DNA of 64,000 nucleotides, from NCBI GenBank assembly GCA_964016885.1, contig OZ024740.1:26722001-26786000 (forward strand), written 5' to 3'. Of this stretch, positions 40,425-54,861 are shown in pieces. The translations under genes were made by a program, and so were the position numbers. Position 1 is the stretch's first letter. Each line of letters opens with the position of its first letter. This DNA is from Eledone cirrhosa. Lineage: Eukaryota. The notes under the pieces are model-generated. The model was not told where the DNA came from. It did no database searches and worked only from the letters and a program-made list of their open reading frames with translations.

Positions 40425-41270
40425 TGTTGAAAAGGTAACACACTAGAGAGAGATAGTGCGCCCTAAACAAAAACAGGAAAAAACCACCAGTGTATGGAGT
40501 CTATAACCTATAAAAGGCAGGGTAGACACACGGTAATTAAAAATATAAATTAAATATTTTTCATAGGTTATAGATTCCACACACTGGTGGTTTTTCCCTG
40601 TTTTATTGATGGCGCACTATCTCTCTCTAGCTTGTTACCTTTTCAACATATTGTATTTTAAAGAGCTCAGGATTCCTGCTCCTTTGAGCACATTATTGAC
40701 AGGGAATAGCGAGAGTCTATGGCTCCGTTAATCTATCGTGATATTTCGCTCCTTATAACAGTCTTTTCTCTCACTCTGTTTGGTTGAGCACACTTCTTCG
40801 AGTGGTTTAGGGGCTGCCCTTTCTAGCAGCTCGTCCCTCAGACACCACTGGTTCCCTGCTCTAAACACGCCGTGACTCCTCTCTCTTACGTGTAGTTGGA
40901 CAGTCGCTTTAAATTCTCTGAAACGTATAGCTTTACACACGCTGATGAACCATGGGCTATTTATTTCTGTCAACAAATTATTGGCGAAACAGATCTCTTT
41001 GGATTTGTACGTGTGTGTTATATAGTTATAGAGGGATGTATATACACTTTAATTTATATTTTTAATTACCGTGTGTCTACCCTACCTTTCATAGGTTATA
41101 GATTCCATACACAGGTGGTTTTCGCTGTTTTATTGATGGCGCACTATCTCTCTCTAGTGTGTGTACCTTTTCAAAATATTGTATTTTAAAGAGCTCAGTA
41201 TTCCTTCTCCTTTGAGCACATTATTGACAGGGAATAGCAAGAGTCTATGGCTCCGTTAATCTATCGTGAT
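40425..41270 (+). mobile_element. PLE derivative (family P4): inverted segment, partial unit and full ~525-bp unit
   Basis: 40425-40553 is the inverse of about 41048-41175. 40560-40743 is directly repeated at about 41088-41271. Ends in (TA)n. Confidence 0.85.
40935..41016 (+). ncRNA. Type I hammerhead ribozyme with full stem III
   Basis: ACACACG-CTGATGA(40942)-stem II-GAA-ACAGATCT CTTT GGATTTGT-A-CGTGTGT, with a GUA cleavage triplet. Confidence 0.85.
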
Positions 41271-41292
41271 ATATATATATATATATATATAT

Positions 41293-41444
41293 AACAAAAG
41301 GATGTGGTTAGATAGCGGGTGGACCAATACTTAGGGATGTAGCGAGGGTAGTAGGAAAAGAGTCAGGACTCCAATGGCCGCTTCGGCAGTTAGATCTAAC
41401 TGTCGAAACGGCCAGAGCTCAGCCGTCGGAGTCTTGACTCCTTT

Positions 41445-41447
<3 letters not shown>
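41293..41447 (-). mobile_element. Fold-back PLE fragment (family P8) with partial HHR
   Basis: Centred on CAGTTAGATCTAACTG. Contains GAA-ACGGC-CAGAGCTCA-GCCGT-C. Shares CAATACTTAGGG and TAGGAAAA with 29622-29820. Confidence 0.65.
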
Positions 41448-41485
<38 letters not shown>

Positions 41486-41512
41486 CTATATAGATATAGA
41501 CACTGTACACAT

Positions 41513-41609
<97 letters not shown>

Positions 41610-41721
41610 TAATTCAGCGAGAATCGGATTTCGGCCCGTAGAAAAAGCGAAACGAAACGCAAAATTGTAGAAATGCTGGCAAGCGCTCAATAGTTAAAAA
41701 AACTAGAGCTAAACAATAAGT

Positions 41722-41852
<131 letters not shown>

Positions 41853-41959
41853 TAAAAGACATAATTATTTTGTTTAAAGCCGGTAAAGCACGGTAGTAAA
41901 ACACGAAGGGATAATGATGACAAATGAAAGAAAAGAAAGTAATGAAATTGTGGCGTGAC

Positions 41960-42790
41960 ATGAAGTGAGGTTGGTCTTATACGTTAGAATCCTGAGCCCT
42001 GTCAAGACGTGAATGACTTGCGTCTATTGGGACCCGGGTTATCAACCAGCGTGTGATGCTCTGTAAGAAGGTGTGCATGAGCAATAACTGTGATCACAGG
42101 TAGATATTCCCTTGCTGTAGAACGGAGACATCCAAGGATAATTATTAATGTACTGTTCAGGGTTGTATCTATTTTTTTAGTATGGGAGCTCCTGCAAAAT
42201 AAAGGGAAGGCGCTCTCAGCAGGTGTGTAGACCAAGACTAGGGCACTGGTACGTAGGATGGACCAGCTAAACATGATCAGCATACCAAGTGGTGTAGGTG
42301 CTCTTTCCTCGTGGATAACTTTGCAGGTAAGGTTGTGGATGCTCTTTGTAGGTCAGCTTCGGAGATAGGTATATGTGGCGGTATACTATAGGAGTGTACC
42401 ATGGAGTGTACAATGGTTAGTTTGTTACTTGAGTCCTTCTTATTCATGTAGAATGTAGTTGCAGTCACCTTTGCAATCCTCTGCTTTAATCTTCTTGTCT
42501 TGAAATATGTTACCAGTTAGATCATGGCTACTATTAGTACGCTCTCTATGTGTAGCAATGAATAAAAGTGAGAAAAGGAGAGGTCATCTGCTGCGCCATA
42601 CACTAGTGATATTGTTTGGGGTATCTTCCTGGTTGAAGAGCATGGGTGATAGTACCGATCTTTGAAGGACTCCATTACGATGGAAGTGCAGTTTGTTGGT
42701 CTATACATCGCTGGACTTCAGGAGAAATGACTACAGGCTTGCAAATAAACCGCACAATATGACGGTCAGGAATTGTACCACAACTATTGT
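41960..42790 (-). pseudogene. Highly degraded LINE RT fragment, Ingi/Vingi-like
   Basis: LRTSALVLVYTPAE..CRSSHTKKIDTTLN..GCLRST..YLPV and a YGAADDL (YADD-like) remnant. Multiple frameshifts. Confidence 0.6.
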
Positions 42791-44764
42791 ACCACAAAGT
42801 ATCAGAGAGTACGATGAGGTTATACCACTATTGTGGTTCTTTTCGGAGCTACCTTCAATATCATTTATCAGATTCATCATCTGTTATCTAGCGCTTAAAA
42901 CCTACGCCAAAAATAAAATCTTATATCAGACCGTATTTAGCTTACTACGTTCGATAGTTGAACGATGATACAACGTTTAAGATTCACTTGAGTACTATTA
43001 AATATATCATGTTAAAGTTTTATCTATATATGCAAAGTATGCCATTGTTCCTAGTATTATATAGGAATTCATGTGTGTATTAATATATTTGATAGTTGAA
43101 TGAAGGACAGAAGTATAAATATTACCTTACATATGTAGATATAAGATGAGAGGAGTCTGTCTAAATATTCCCTTACATTTCTAGATATAAGATCAGAGAA
43201 GTTTGTTTAAATATTCCCTTACATATCTACATATAAGGACAGAGAAGCCTGTGTAAATATTACCTTAAATATGTAGAAATATGATTAGAGAAGTATGTCT
43301 AAATATTCCCTTACATATCTAGATATAAGATCAGAGAATTCTGTCTAAATATTCCCTTACATATCAAGATATAAGATAAGAGAAGTCTGTCTAAATATTA
43401 CCTTACATATCTAGATATGAGAGAAGTGTGTCTCAATATGCCCTTACATATGTAGATATGAAGTGAGAGAAGTCTGTCTTGATATTACTTTACATATGTT
43501 GGTATAAGATCAGAGAAGTCTGTCTAAATATTAACTTACATATCTAGATATAAGATGAGAGAAGTCTGTCTAAATATTACCTTACATGTTTAGATATAAG
43601 ATAAGAGAAGTCTGTCTAAATATTCCCTAACATATCTCGATATAAGATCAGAGAAGTCTGTCTAGATATTCCCTTACATATGTAGATATAAGTTGAGAGA
43701 AGTCTGTCTTGATATTACCTACACATGTTGGTATAAGATCAGAGAAATCTGAATATTCCCTTGCATATATAGATATAAGATAAAAGAAATCTGTGTAAAT
43801 ATTCCCTTACATATATAGATATAAGATGAGAGAAGTCTGTCTAAATATTCCCTTAGATAACTAGATATAAGATGAGAGAAGTCTGTCTAAATATTCCCTT
43901 AGATAACTAGATATAAGATCAGAGAAGTCTGTCTAAATATTACCTTACATATGTAGATATAAGATGAGAGATGTCTGTCTAAATATTACCTTACATATCT
44001 AGATATAAGATGAGAGAAGTCTGTCTAAATATTACCTTACATATCTAGATATAAGATGAGAGAAGTCTGTCTAAATATTCCCTTACCTATGTAGATATAA
44101 GATGAGAGAAGTCAGTCTAAATATTAAATTGCATATCTAGATATAATATCAGAGAGGTCTGTCTAAACATTCCCTTACATATCTAGATATAAGATGAGAG
44201 AAGTCTGTCTAAATATTACGTTACATATCTAGATATAATATCAGAGAGGTCTGTCTAAACATTCCCTTACATATGTAGATATATGTTGAGAGAAGTCTGT
44301 GTAAATATTCCCTTACATATGTAGATATAAGATGAGAGAAGTCAGTCTAAATATTCCCTTACATATCTAGATATAAGATCAGAGAAGTCTGTCTAAATAT
44401 TCCCTTACATATATAGAAATAAAATGATAGAAGTGTGTCTAAATATTCCCTTACATATGTAGATATAAGTTGAGAGAAGTCCAAACTAAATATTATCTTA
44501 CATATCTAAATATAAGATGAGGAAAGTCCCTCTAAATATTCCCTTATATATCTAGATATAAGATCAGATAGGTCTGTCTAAATAGTCCCTTACATATCTA
44601 GATATGAGATGAGAGATGTCGCTGTACATATTCCCTTACTTATGTAGGCATAAGATGAGAGGTATGTCTAAATATTCCCTTACATATGTAGATATAAGAT
44701 GAGAGAAGTGTGTCTAAATATTCCCTTAGTTATATAGATATAAGATGAGAGAATCTGTCTAAAT

Positions 44765-44925
44765 AATTGTCTCTACTTTAGGCACAAGGCCAGCAATTAA
44801 CCAGTGCATTACTGGTACTTTATTTTATCGACCTCGTTACGATGAAAGGCAAAGGCAACCTCGGCGAGATTTGAACTCAGATCGTAAATGGACGTAACTA
44901 TGCTGCAAAGCATGGCGTCCGACTG
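44765..44925 (-). mobile_element. SINE (family A) in the 46-bp satellite
   Basis: Reverse-complement core and B-box. Copy at 48650-48810. Confidence 0.85.
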
Positions 44926-47900
44926 TCTCAATAATACCTTGCATATGTAGATATAAGTTGAGAGAAGTCTGGCTCAATATTACCTTACATATGTAGATAT
45001 AAGGTCAGAGAAGTTTATTTAAATATTCTCTTACATATCTAGATATCAGATGAGAGAAGTCTGTCAAAATATTCCCTTACATATATAGATATAATTTGAG
45101 AGAAGTCCGTCTAATTATTCCCTTACATATCTACATATAAGGACAGAGAAGTCTGTCTTAATATTACCTTAAATATGTAGAAATAAGATTAGGAAGTATG
45201 TCTAAATATTCCCTTACATATCTTGATATAACATGAGAGAAATCTGTCTAAATATTTCCTTACATATGTAGATATGAGTGAAGTCTGTCTATATATTACC
45301 TTACATATGTAGATATAAGATCAGAGAAGTCTGTCTAAATATTCCCTAACATATCTAGATATAAGGTCAGAGAAGTCTGTGTAAATATTCCATTACATAT
45401 TTAGATATAAGATCAGAGAAGTCTGTCTAAATATTCCATTATATATCTAGATATAAGATCAGAGAAGTCTGTCTAAATATTACCATACATATCTAGATAT
45501 AAGTTGAGAGAAGTCTGTCTTGATATTACCTAAACATGTTGGTATAAGATCAGAGAAGTCCGTCTGAATATTCCATTACATATCTAGATATAAGATAAAA
45601 GAAATCTGTGTAAATATTCCCTTACATATCTAGATATAAGATGAGAGAAGTCTGTCTAAATATTCCCTTACATATGTACAAATAAGATGAGAGAAGTCCG
45701 TCTAAATATTACCTTACTTATCTAGATATAAGGTGAGAGAAGTATGTCTAAATATTCCCTTACATATCTAGATGTAAGATTAAGAAGTCTGTATATATAT
45801 TCTCTTACACATGTAGATATACGTTCAGAGAAGTCTGTGTAAATATTCCCTTACATATATAGATATAAGATGAGAGAAGTGTGTCTAAATATTCCCTTAC
45901 ATATATAGATATAAGATCAGAGAAGTCTGTCTAAATATTGCCTTACATATGTTGATATAAGCTGAGAGAAGTCTGTCTCAATTTTACCGTACATATGTAC
46001 ATATAAGATGAGAGAAGTCTGTCTAAATATTCCCTTACATATATAGATATAAGATCAGAGAAGTCTGTCAAAATATCCCCTTACATATCTAGATATAATA
46101 TCAGAGAAGTCTGTCTTAATATTTGCTTACATATCTAGATATAAGGTGAGAGAAGTCTGTCTCAATAATACCTTACATATCTAGATGTAAGATGAGAGAA
46201 GTATGTCTAAATATTGCATTACATACGTAAGGTATAAGATGAGAGACTTCTGTCTAAATATTACCTTACATATTTAGATATAAGGTGAGAGAAATCTGTC
46301 TGAAAAATTCCCTTACATGTCTAGATATAATATCAGAGAGGTCTGTCTAAATATTTCCTTACATATGTAGATATAAGATGAGAGAAGTCTGTCTAAATAT
46401 TCTCATACATATGTAAATATACGTTGAGAGAAGTCTGTCTAAATATTACCTGATATATCTAGATATAAGATGAGAGAAGTCTTCTAAATATTCTCTTACA
46501 TATCTAGATATAAGATGAGAGATGTCTGTCTAAATATTACCTTGCATATCTAGATATAAGATCAGAGATGTCTGTCTAAATATTACCTTACATATATAGA
46601 TATAAGATGAGAGAAGTCTGTATAAATATTCCCTTACATATCTACATATAAGAGGAGAGATATCTGTCTAAATATTCCCTTACATATGTAGATATAATTT
46701 GAGTGAAGTCTGTCTAAATATTCCCTTCCATATCTAGATATTAGATGAGAGAAGTCTGTCTCAATATTGCCTTACATATGTAGATATAAGGTGAGAGAAA
46801 TCTGTCTAAATATTCCCTTACATGTCTACATATAATATCACAGACGTCTGTCTAAATATTACCTTACATATGTAGATATAATATCAGAGAGGTCTGTCCA
46901 AATATTCCCTTACATATCTAGATATAATATCAGAGAGGTCTGTCTAAATATTCCCTTACATATCTAGATATAATATCGGAGAGGTCTGTCCAAATATTCC
47001 CTTACATATCTAGATATAATATCAGAGAGGTCTGTCTAAATATTCCCTTACATATGTAGATATAATTTTAGAGAAGTCTGTCCAAATATTACCTAGCATA
47101 TGGAGATATATGTTGAGAGAAGTCTATCTAAATATTACATTCCATATCTAGATATAACATGAGAGAAGTCTTTATAAATATTCCCTTACATATCTCGATA
47201 TAAGATGAGAGAAGTCTGTCTAAATATTCCCTTACATATCTAGATATAAGATGACAGAAGTCTGTCTACATATTCTCTTACATATCTAGAAATAACTTGA
47301 GAGAAATCTGTCTCAATAATACCTTACATATGTAGATATAATTTGAGAGATGTCTGTCTAAATATTTCCTTATATATCTAGATATTAGATGAGAGAAGTC
47401 TGTGTCAATATTGCCTTACATATCTAGATATCAGAGGAGAGAAGTATGTTTAAATATTCCCTTACATACGTAAATATAATTTGAGAGAAGTCTGTCTAAA
47501 TATTTCCTTACATATCTAGATATTATATCAGAGAAATCTGTCTAAATATTCCCTTACATATCTAGATATAATATCAGAGAAGTCTATCTAAATATTACCT
47601 TACATATGTAGATATAAGATGAGAGAAGTCTTCCTAAATATTGCCTTACATATCTAGATACTAGATGAGAGAAGTCTGTCTAAATATTCCCTTACATATC
47701 TACATATAATATCAGAGAAGTCTGTCTAAATATTCCCTTAGATAACTAGATATAAGATGAGAGAAGTCTGTCTAAATATTCCCTTAGATAACTAGATATA
47801 AGATCAGAGAAGTCTGTCTAAATATTACCTTACATATGTAGATATAAGATGAGAGATGTCTGTCTAAATATTACCTTACATATCTAGATATAAGATGAGA

Positions 47901-48649
47901 GAAGTCTGTCTAAATATTACCTTACATATCTAGATATAAGATGAGAGAAGTCTGTCTAAATATTCCCTTACCTATGTAGATATAAGATGAGAGAAGTCAG
48001 TCTAAATATTAAATTGCATATCTAGATATAATATCAGAGAGGTCTGTCTAAACATTCCCTTACATATCTAGATATAAGATGAGAGAAGTCTGTCTAAATA
48101 TTACGTTACATATCTAGATATAATATCAGAGAGGTCTGTCTAAACATTCCCTTACATATGTAGATATATGTTGAGAGAAGTCTGTGTAAATATTCCCTTA
48201 CATATGTAGATATAAGATGAGAGAAGTCAGTCTAAATATTCCCTTACATATCTAGATATAAGATCAGAGAAGTCTGTCTAAATATTCCCTTACATATATA
48301 GAAATAAAATGATAGAAGTGTGTCTAAATATTCCCTTACATATGTAGATATAAGTTGAGAGAAGTCCAAACTAAATATTATCTTACATATCTAAATATAA
48401 GATGAGGAAAGTCCCTCTAAATATTCCCTTATATATCTAGATATAAGATCAGATAGGTCTGTCTAAATAGTCCCTTACATATCTAGATATGAGATGAGAG
48501 ATGTCGCTGTACATATTCCCTTACTTATGTAGGCATAAGATGAGAGGTATGTCTAAATATTCCCTTACATATGTAGATATAAGATGAGAGAAGTGTGTCT
48601 AAATATTCCCTTAGTTATATAGATATAAGATGAGAGAATCTGTCTAAAT

Positions 48650-48810
48650 AATTGTCTCTACTTTAGGCACAAGGCCAGCAATTAACCAGTGCATTACTGG
48701 TACTTTATTTTATCGACCTCGTTACGATGAAAGGCAAAGGCAACCTCGGCGAGATTTGAACTCAGATCGTAAATGGACGTAACTATGCTGCAAAGCATGG
48801 CGTCCGACTG
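48650..48810 (-). mobile_element. SINE (family A), duplicated with the 3,885-bp block
   Basis: Same sequence and flanks as 44765-44925. Confidence 0.85.
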
Positions 48811-51800
48811 TCTCAATAATACCTTGCATATGTAGATATAAGTTGAGAGAAGTCTGGCTCAATATTACCTTACATATGTAGATATAAGGTCAGAGAAGTT
48901 TATTTAAATATTCTCTTACATATCTAGATATCAGATGAGAGAAGTCTGTCAAAATATTCCCTTACATATATAGATATAATTTGAGAGAAGTCCGTCTAAT
49001 TATTCCCTTACATATCTACATATAAGGACAGAGAAGTCTGTCTTAATATTACCTTAAATATGTAGAAATAAGATTAGGAAGTATGTCTAAATATTCCCTT
49101 ACATATCTTGATATAACATGAGAGAAATCTGTCTAAATATTTCCTTACATATGTAGATATGAGTGAAGTCTGTCTATATATTACCTTACATATGTAGATA
49201 TAAGATCAGAGAAGTCTGTCTAAATATTCCCTAACATATCTAGATATAAGGTCAGAGAAGTCTGTGTAAATATTCCATTACATATTTAGATATAAGATCA
49301 GAGAAGTCTGTCTAAATATTCCATTATATATCTAGATATAAGATCAGAGAAGTCTGTCTAAATATTACCATACATATCTAGATATAAGTTGAGAGAAGTC
49401 TGTCTTGATATTACCTAAACATGTTGGTATAAGATCAGAGAAGTCCGTCTGAATATTCCATTACATATCTAGATATAAGATAAAAGAAATCTGTGTAAAT
49501 ATTCCCTTACATATCTAGATATAAGATGAGAGAAGTCTGTCTAAATATTCCCTTACATATGTACAAATAAGATGAGAGAAGTCCGTCTAAATATTACCTT
49601 ACTTATCTAGATATAAGGTGAGAGAAGTATGTCTAAATATTCCCTTACATATCTAGATGTAAGATTAAGAAGTCTGTATATATATTCTCTTACACATGTA
49701 GATATACGTTCAGAGAAGTCTGTGTAAATATTCCCTTACATATATAGATATAAGATGAGAGAAGTGTGTCTAAATATTCCCTTACATATATAGATATAAG
49801 ATCAGAGAAGTCTGTCTAAATATTGCCTTACATATGTTGATATAAGCTGAGAGAAGTCTGTCTCAATTTTACCGTACATATGTACATATAAGATGAGAGA
49901 AGTCTGTCTAAATATTCCCTTACATATATAGATATAAGATCAGAGAAGTCTGTCAAAATATCCCCTTACATATCTAGATATAATATCAGAGAAGTCTGTC
50001 TTAATATTTGCTTACATATCTAGATATAAGGTGAGAGAAGTCTGTCTCAATAATACCTTACATATCTAGATGTAAGATGAGAGAAGTATGTCTAAATATT
50101 GCATTACATACGTAAGGTATAAGATGAGAGACTTCTGTCTAAATATTACCTTACATATTTAGATATAAGGTGAGAGAAATCTGTCTGAAAAATTCCCTTA
50201 CATGTCTAGATATAATATCAGAGAGGTCTGTCTAAATATTTCCTTACATATGTAGATATAAGATGAGAGAAGTCTGTCTAAATATTCTCATACATATGTA
50301 AATATACGTTGAGAGAAGTCTGTCTAAATATTACCTGATATATCTAGATATAAGATGAGAGAAGTCTTCTAAATATTCTCTTACATATCTAGATATAAGA
50401 TGAGAGATGTCTGTCTAAATATTACCTTGCATATCTAGATATAAGATCAGAGATGTCTGTCTAAATATTACCTTACATATATAGATATAAGATGAGAGAA
50501 GTCTGTATAAATATTCCCTTACATATCTACATATAAGAGGAGAGATATCTGTCTAAATATTCCCTTACATATGTAGATATAATTTGAGTGAAGTCTGTCT
50601 AAATATTCCCTTCCATATCTAGATATTAGATGAGAGAAGTCTGTCTCAATATTGCCTTACATATGTAGATATAAGGTGAGAGAAATCTGTCTAAATATTC
50701 CCTTACATGTCTACATATAATATCACAGACGTCTGTCTAAATATTACCTTACATATGTAGATATAATATCAGAGAGGTCTGTCCAAATATTCCCTTACAT
50801 ATCTAGATATAATATCAGAGAGGTCTGTCTAAATATTCCCTTACATATCTAGATATAATATCGGAGAGGTCTGTCCAAATATTCCCTTACATATCTAGAT
50901 ATAATATCAGAGAGGTCTGTCTAAATATTCCCTTACATATGTAGATATAATTTTAGAGAAGTCTGTCCAAATATTACCTAGCATATGGAGATATATGTTG
51001 AGAGAAGTCTATCTAAATATTACATTCCATATCTAGATATAACATGAGAGAAGTCTTTATAAATATTCCCTTACATATCTCGATATAAGATGAGAGAAGT
51101 CTGTCTAAATATTCCCTTACATATCTAGATATAAGATGACAGAAGTCTGTCTACATATTCTCTTACATATCTAGAAATAACTTGAGAGAAATCTGTCTCA
51201 ATAATACCTTACATATGTAGATATAATTTGAGAGATGTCTGTCTAAATATTTCCTTATATATCTAGATATTAGATGAGAGAAGTCTGTGTCAATATTGCC
51301 TTACATATCTAGATATCAGAGGAGAGAAGTATGTTTAAATATTCCCTTACATACGTAAATATAATTTGAGAGAAGTCTGTCTAAATATTTCCTTACATAT
51401 CTAGATATTATATCAGAGAAATCTGTCTAAATATTCCCTTACATATCTAGATATAATATCAGAGAAGTCTATCTAAATATTACCTTACATATGTAGATAT
51501 AAGATGAGAGAAGTCTTCCTAAATATTGCCTTACATATCTAGATACTAGATGAGAGAAGTCTGTCTAAATATTCCCTTACATATCTACATATAATATCAG
51601 AGAAATCTGTCTAAATATTACCTTACATATGTAGATATAATTTGAGAGAAGTCTGTCTAAATATTCCCTTACATATCTAGATATAAGATCAGAGAAGTCT
51701 GTCTAAATATTACCTTACATATCTAGATATAATATCAGAGAAATCTGTCTAAATATTACCTTACATATGTAGATATAATTTGAGAGAAGTCTGTCTAAAT

Positions 51801-53087
51801 ATTCCCTTACATATCTAGATATAAGATCAGAGAAGTCTGTCTAAATATTTCCTTACATATTTAGATATAAGATGAGGGAAATCTGTCTAAATATTCCCTT
51901 ATATATCTAGATATAAGATGAGTGAAGTCTGTCTAAAAAAATTTCCCTTACATATGTGGATATAAGATCAGAGAAGTCTGTCTAAATATTCCCTTACATA
52001 TCTACATATAAGATATGAGAAGTCTGTCTAAATATTCCCTAACATATCTAGCTATAAGATGAGAGAAGTCTGTTTAAATATTACCTTACATATATAGATA
52101 TAAGATCAGAGAAGTCTGTCTAAATATCCCCTTACATATCTAGATATAATATCAGAGAAGTCTGTCTTAATATTTGCTTACATATCTAGATATAAGGTGA
52201 GAGAAGTCTGTCTCAATAATACCTTACATATCTAGATGTAAGATGAGAGAAGTATGTCTAAATATTGCATTACATACGTAAGGTATAAGATGAGAGACTT
52301 CTGTCTAAATATTACCTTACATATTTAGATATAAGGTGTGAGAAATCTGTCTGAAAAATTCCCTTACATGTCTAGATATAATATCAGAGAGGTCTGTCTA
52401 AATATTTCCTTACATATTTAGATATAAGATGATGGAAATCTGTCTAAATATTCCCTTATATATCTAGATATAAGATGAGTGAAGTCTGTCTAAAAAATTT
52501 TCCCTTACATATGTAGATATAAGATCAGAGAAGTCTGTCTAAATATTCCCTTACATATCTACATATATGATATGAGAAGTCTGTCTAAATATTCCCTAAC
52601 ATATCTAGCTATAAGATGAGAGAAGTCTGTTTAAATATTACCTTACATATCTAGATATAAGATGACAGAAGTCTGTCTAAATATTCCCTTACATATCTAG
52701 ATATAACATGAGAGAAGTCTGTCTAAATATTACCTTACATATCTAGATATAACATGAGAGAAGTCTGTCTAAATATTACCTTACATATCTAGATATAACA
52801 TGAGAGAAGTCTGTCTAAATATTACCTTACATATCTAGATATAACATGAGAGAAGTCTGTTTAAATATTCCCTTACATATCTAGATATAAGATGAGAGAA
52901 GTCTGTCTAAATATTACCTTACATATCTAGATATAACATGAGAGAAGTCTGTCTAAATATTCCCTTACATATCTAGATATAACATGAGAGAAGTCTGTCT
53001 AAATATTACCTTACATATCTAGATATAACATGAGAGAAGTCTGTCTAAATATTCCCTTACATATGTACATATAAGATGAGAGCATTA

Positions 53088-53268
53088 TGGATTTGCAGTA
53101 TCGGTAGAGAGTCGGACACCATGCTTTCCAGCATAGTTACGTCCCTTTACAGTGTGAGTTCAAATCCCGCCGTGGTTTACTTTGCCTTTCATCCTTACGC
53201 GGTCGATAAAATAAAGTACCAGTAATACACTGAGTAATTGCTGGCCTTGTGCCTAAAGTAGAAACAAT
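53088..53268 (+). mobile_element. SINE (family A) in the 46-bp satellite
   Basis: B-box GAGTTCAAATCC, family core and short TSD ATTATG. An empty-site variant GAGAGCATTATGTTTAAAT is at about 53353. Confidence 0.85.
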
Positions 53269-53960
53269 TATGTTTAAATATTCCCTTACATATGTAGATA
53301 TAATTTAAGAGAAGTCTGTCTAAATATTCCCTTACATATGTACATATAAGATGAGAGCATTATGTTTAAATATTCCCTTACATATGTAGATATAATTTGA
53401 GAGAAGTCTGTCTAAATATTCCCTTACATTTCTATATATAATATCAGAGAAGTCTGTCTAAATATTACCTTACATATGTACATATAAGATGAGAGAAGTC
53501 TGTCTAAATATTGCCTTACATATCTAGATATAAGATGAGAGAAGTCTGTCTCAATATTGCCTTACATATCTAGATATAAGATTAGAGAAGTCTGTCTTAA
53601 TATTCCCTTACATATCTAGATATCAGAGGAGAGAAGTATGTTTAAATATTCCCTTACATACGTAAATATAATTTGAGAGAAGTCTGTCTAAATATTTCCT
53701 TACATATCTAGATATAAGATCAGAGAAATGTGTCTAAATATTCCCTTACTTATCTAGATATAAGATGAGAGAAGTCTGTCTAAATATTACCTTACATATC
53801 TAGATATAACATGAGAGAAGTCTGTCTAAATATTCCCTTACATATCTAGATATAACATGAGAGAAGTCTGTCTAAATATTACCTTACATATCTAGATATA
53901 ACATGAGAGAAGTCTGTCTAAATATTCCCTTACATATGTACATATAAGATGAGAGCATTA

Positions 53961-54141
53961 TGGATTTGCAGTATCGGTAGAGAGTCGGACACCATGCTTT
54001 CCAGCATAGTTACGTCCCTTTACAGTGTGAGTTCAAATCCCGCCGAGGTTTACTTTGCCTTTCATCCTTACGCGGTCGATAAAATAAAGTACCAGTAATA
54101 CACTGAGTAATTGCTGGCCTTGTGCCTAAAGTAGAAACAAT
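53961..54141 (+). mobile_element. SINE (family A), duplicated copy (873-bp period)
   Basis: Nearly identical to 53088-53268, with the same flanks. Confidence 0.85.
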
Positions 54142-54861
54142 TATGTTTAAATATTCCCTTACATATGTAGATATAATTTAAGAGAAGTCTGTCTAAATAT
54201 TCCCTTACATATGTACATATAAGATGAGAGCATTATGTTTAAATATTCCCTTACATATGTAGATATACTTTGAGAGAAGTCTGTCTAAATATTCCCTTAC
54301 ATTTCTATATATAATATCAGAGAAGTCTGTCTAAATATTACCTTACATATGTACATATAAGATGAGAGAAGTCTGTCTAAATATTGCCTTACATATCTAG
54401 ATATAAGATGAGAGAAGTCTGTCTCAATATTGCCTTACATATCTAGATATCAGAGGAGAGAAGTATGTTTAAATATTCCCTTACATACGTAAATATAATT
54501 TGAGAGAAGTCTGTCTAAATATTTCCTTACATATCTAGATATAAGATCAGAGAAATGTGTCTAAATATTCCCTTACATATCTAGATATAAGATGAGAGAA
54601 GTCTATCTAAATATTACCTTACATATGTAGATATAAGATGAGAGAAGTCTGCCTAAATATTGCCTTACATATCTAGATATTAGATGAGAGAAGTCTGTCT
54701 AAATATTACCTTACATATCTGGATATAAGGTGAGAGAAGTCTGTCTAAATATTCCCTTAAATATATAGTTATAAGATCAGAGAAATCTGTTTAAATATTA
54801 CATTACATATGTTGATATAAGTTGAGAGAAATCTGTCTCAATATTACCTTACATATGTACA

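Noticed and set aside
54822-54861. N-terminal extension of the LINE ORF
   Set aside because: It is satellite sequence read in frame and not part of the element.
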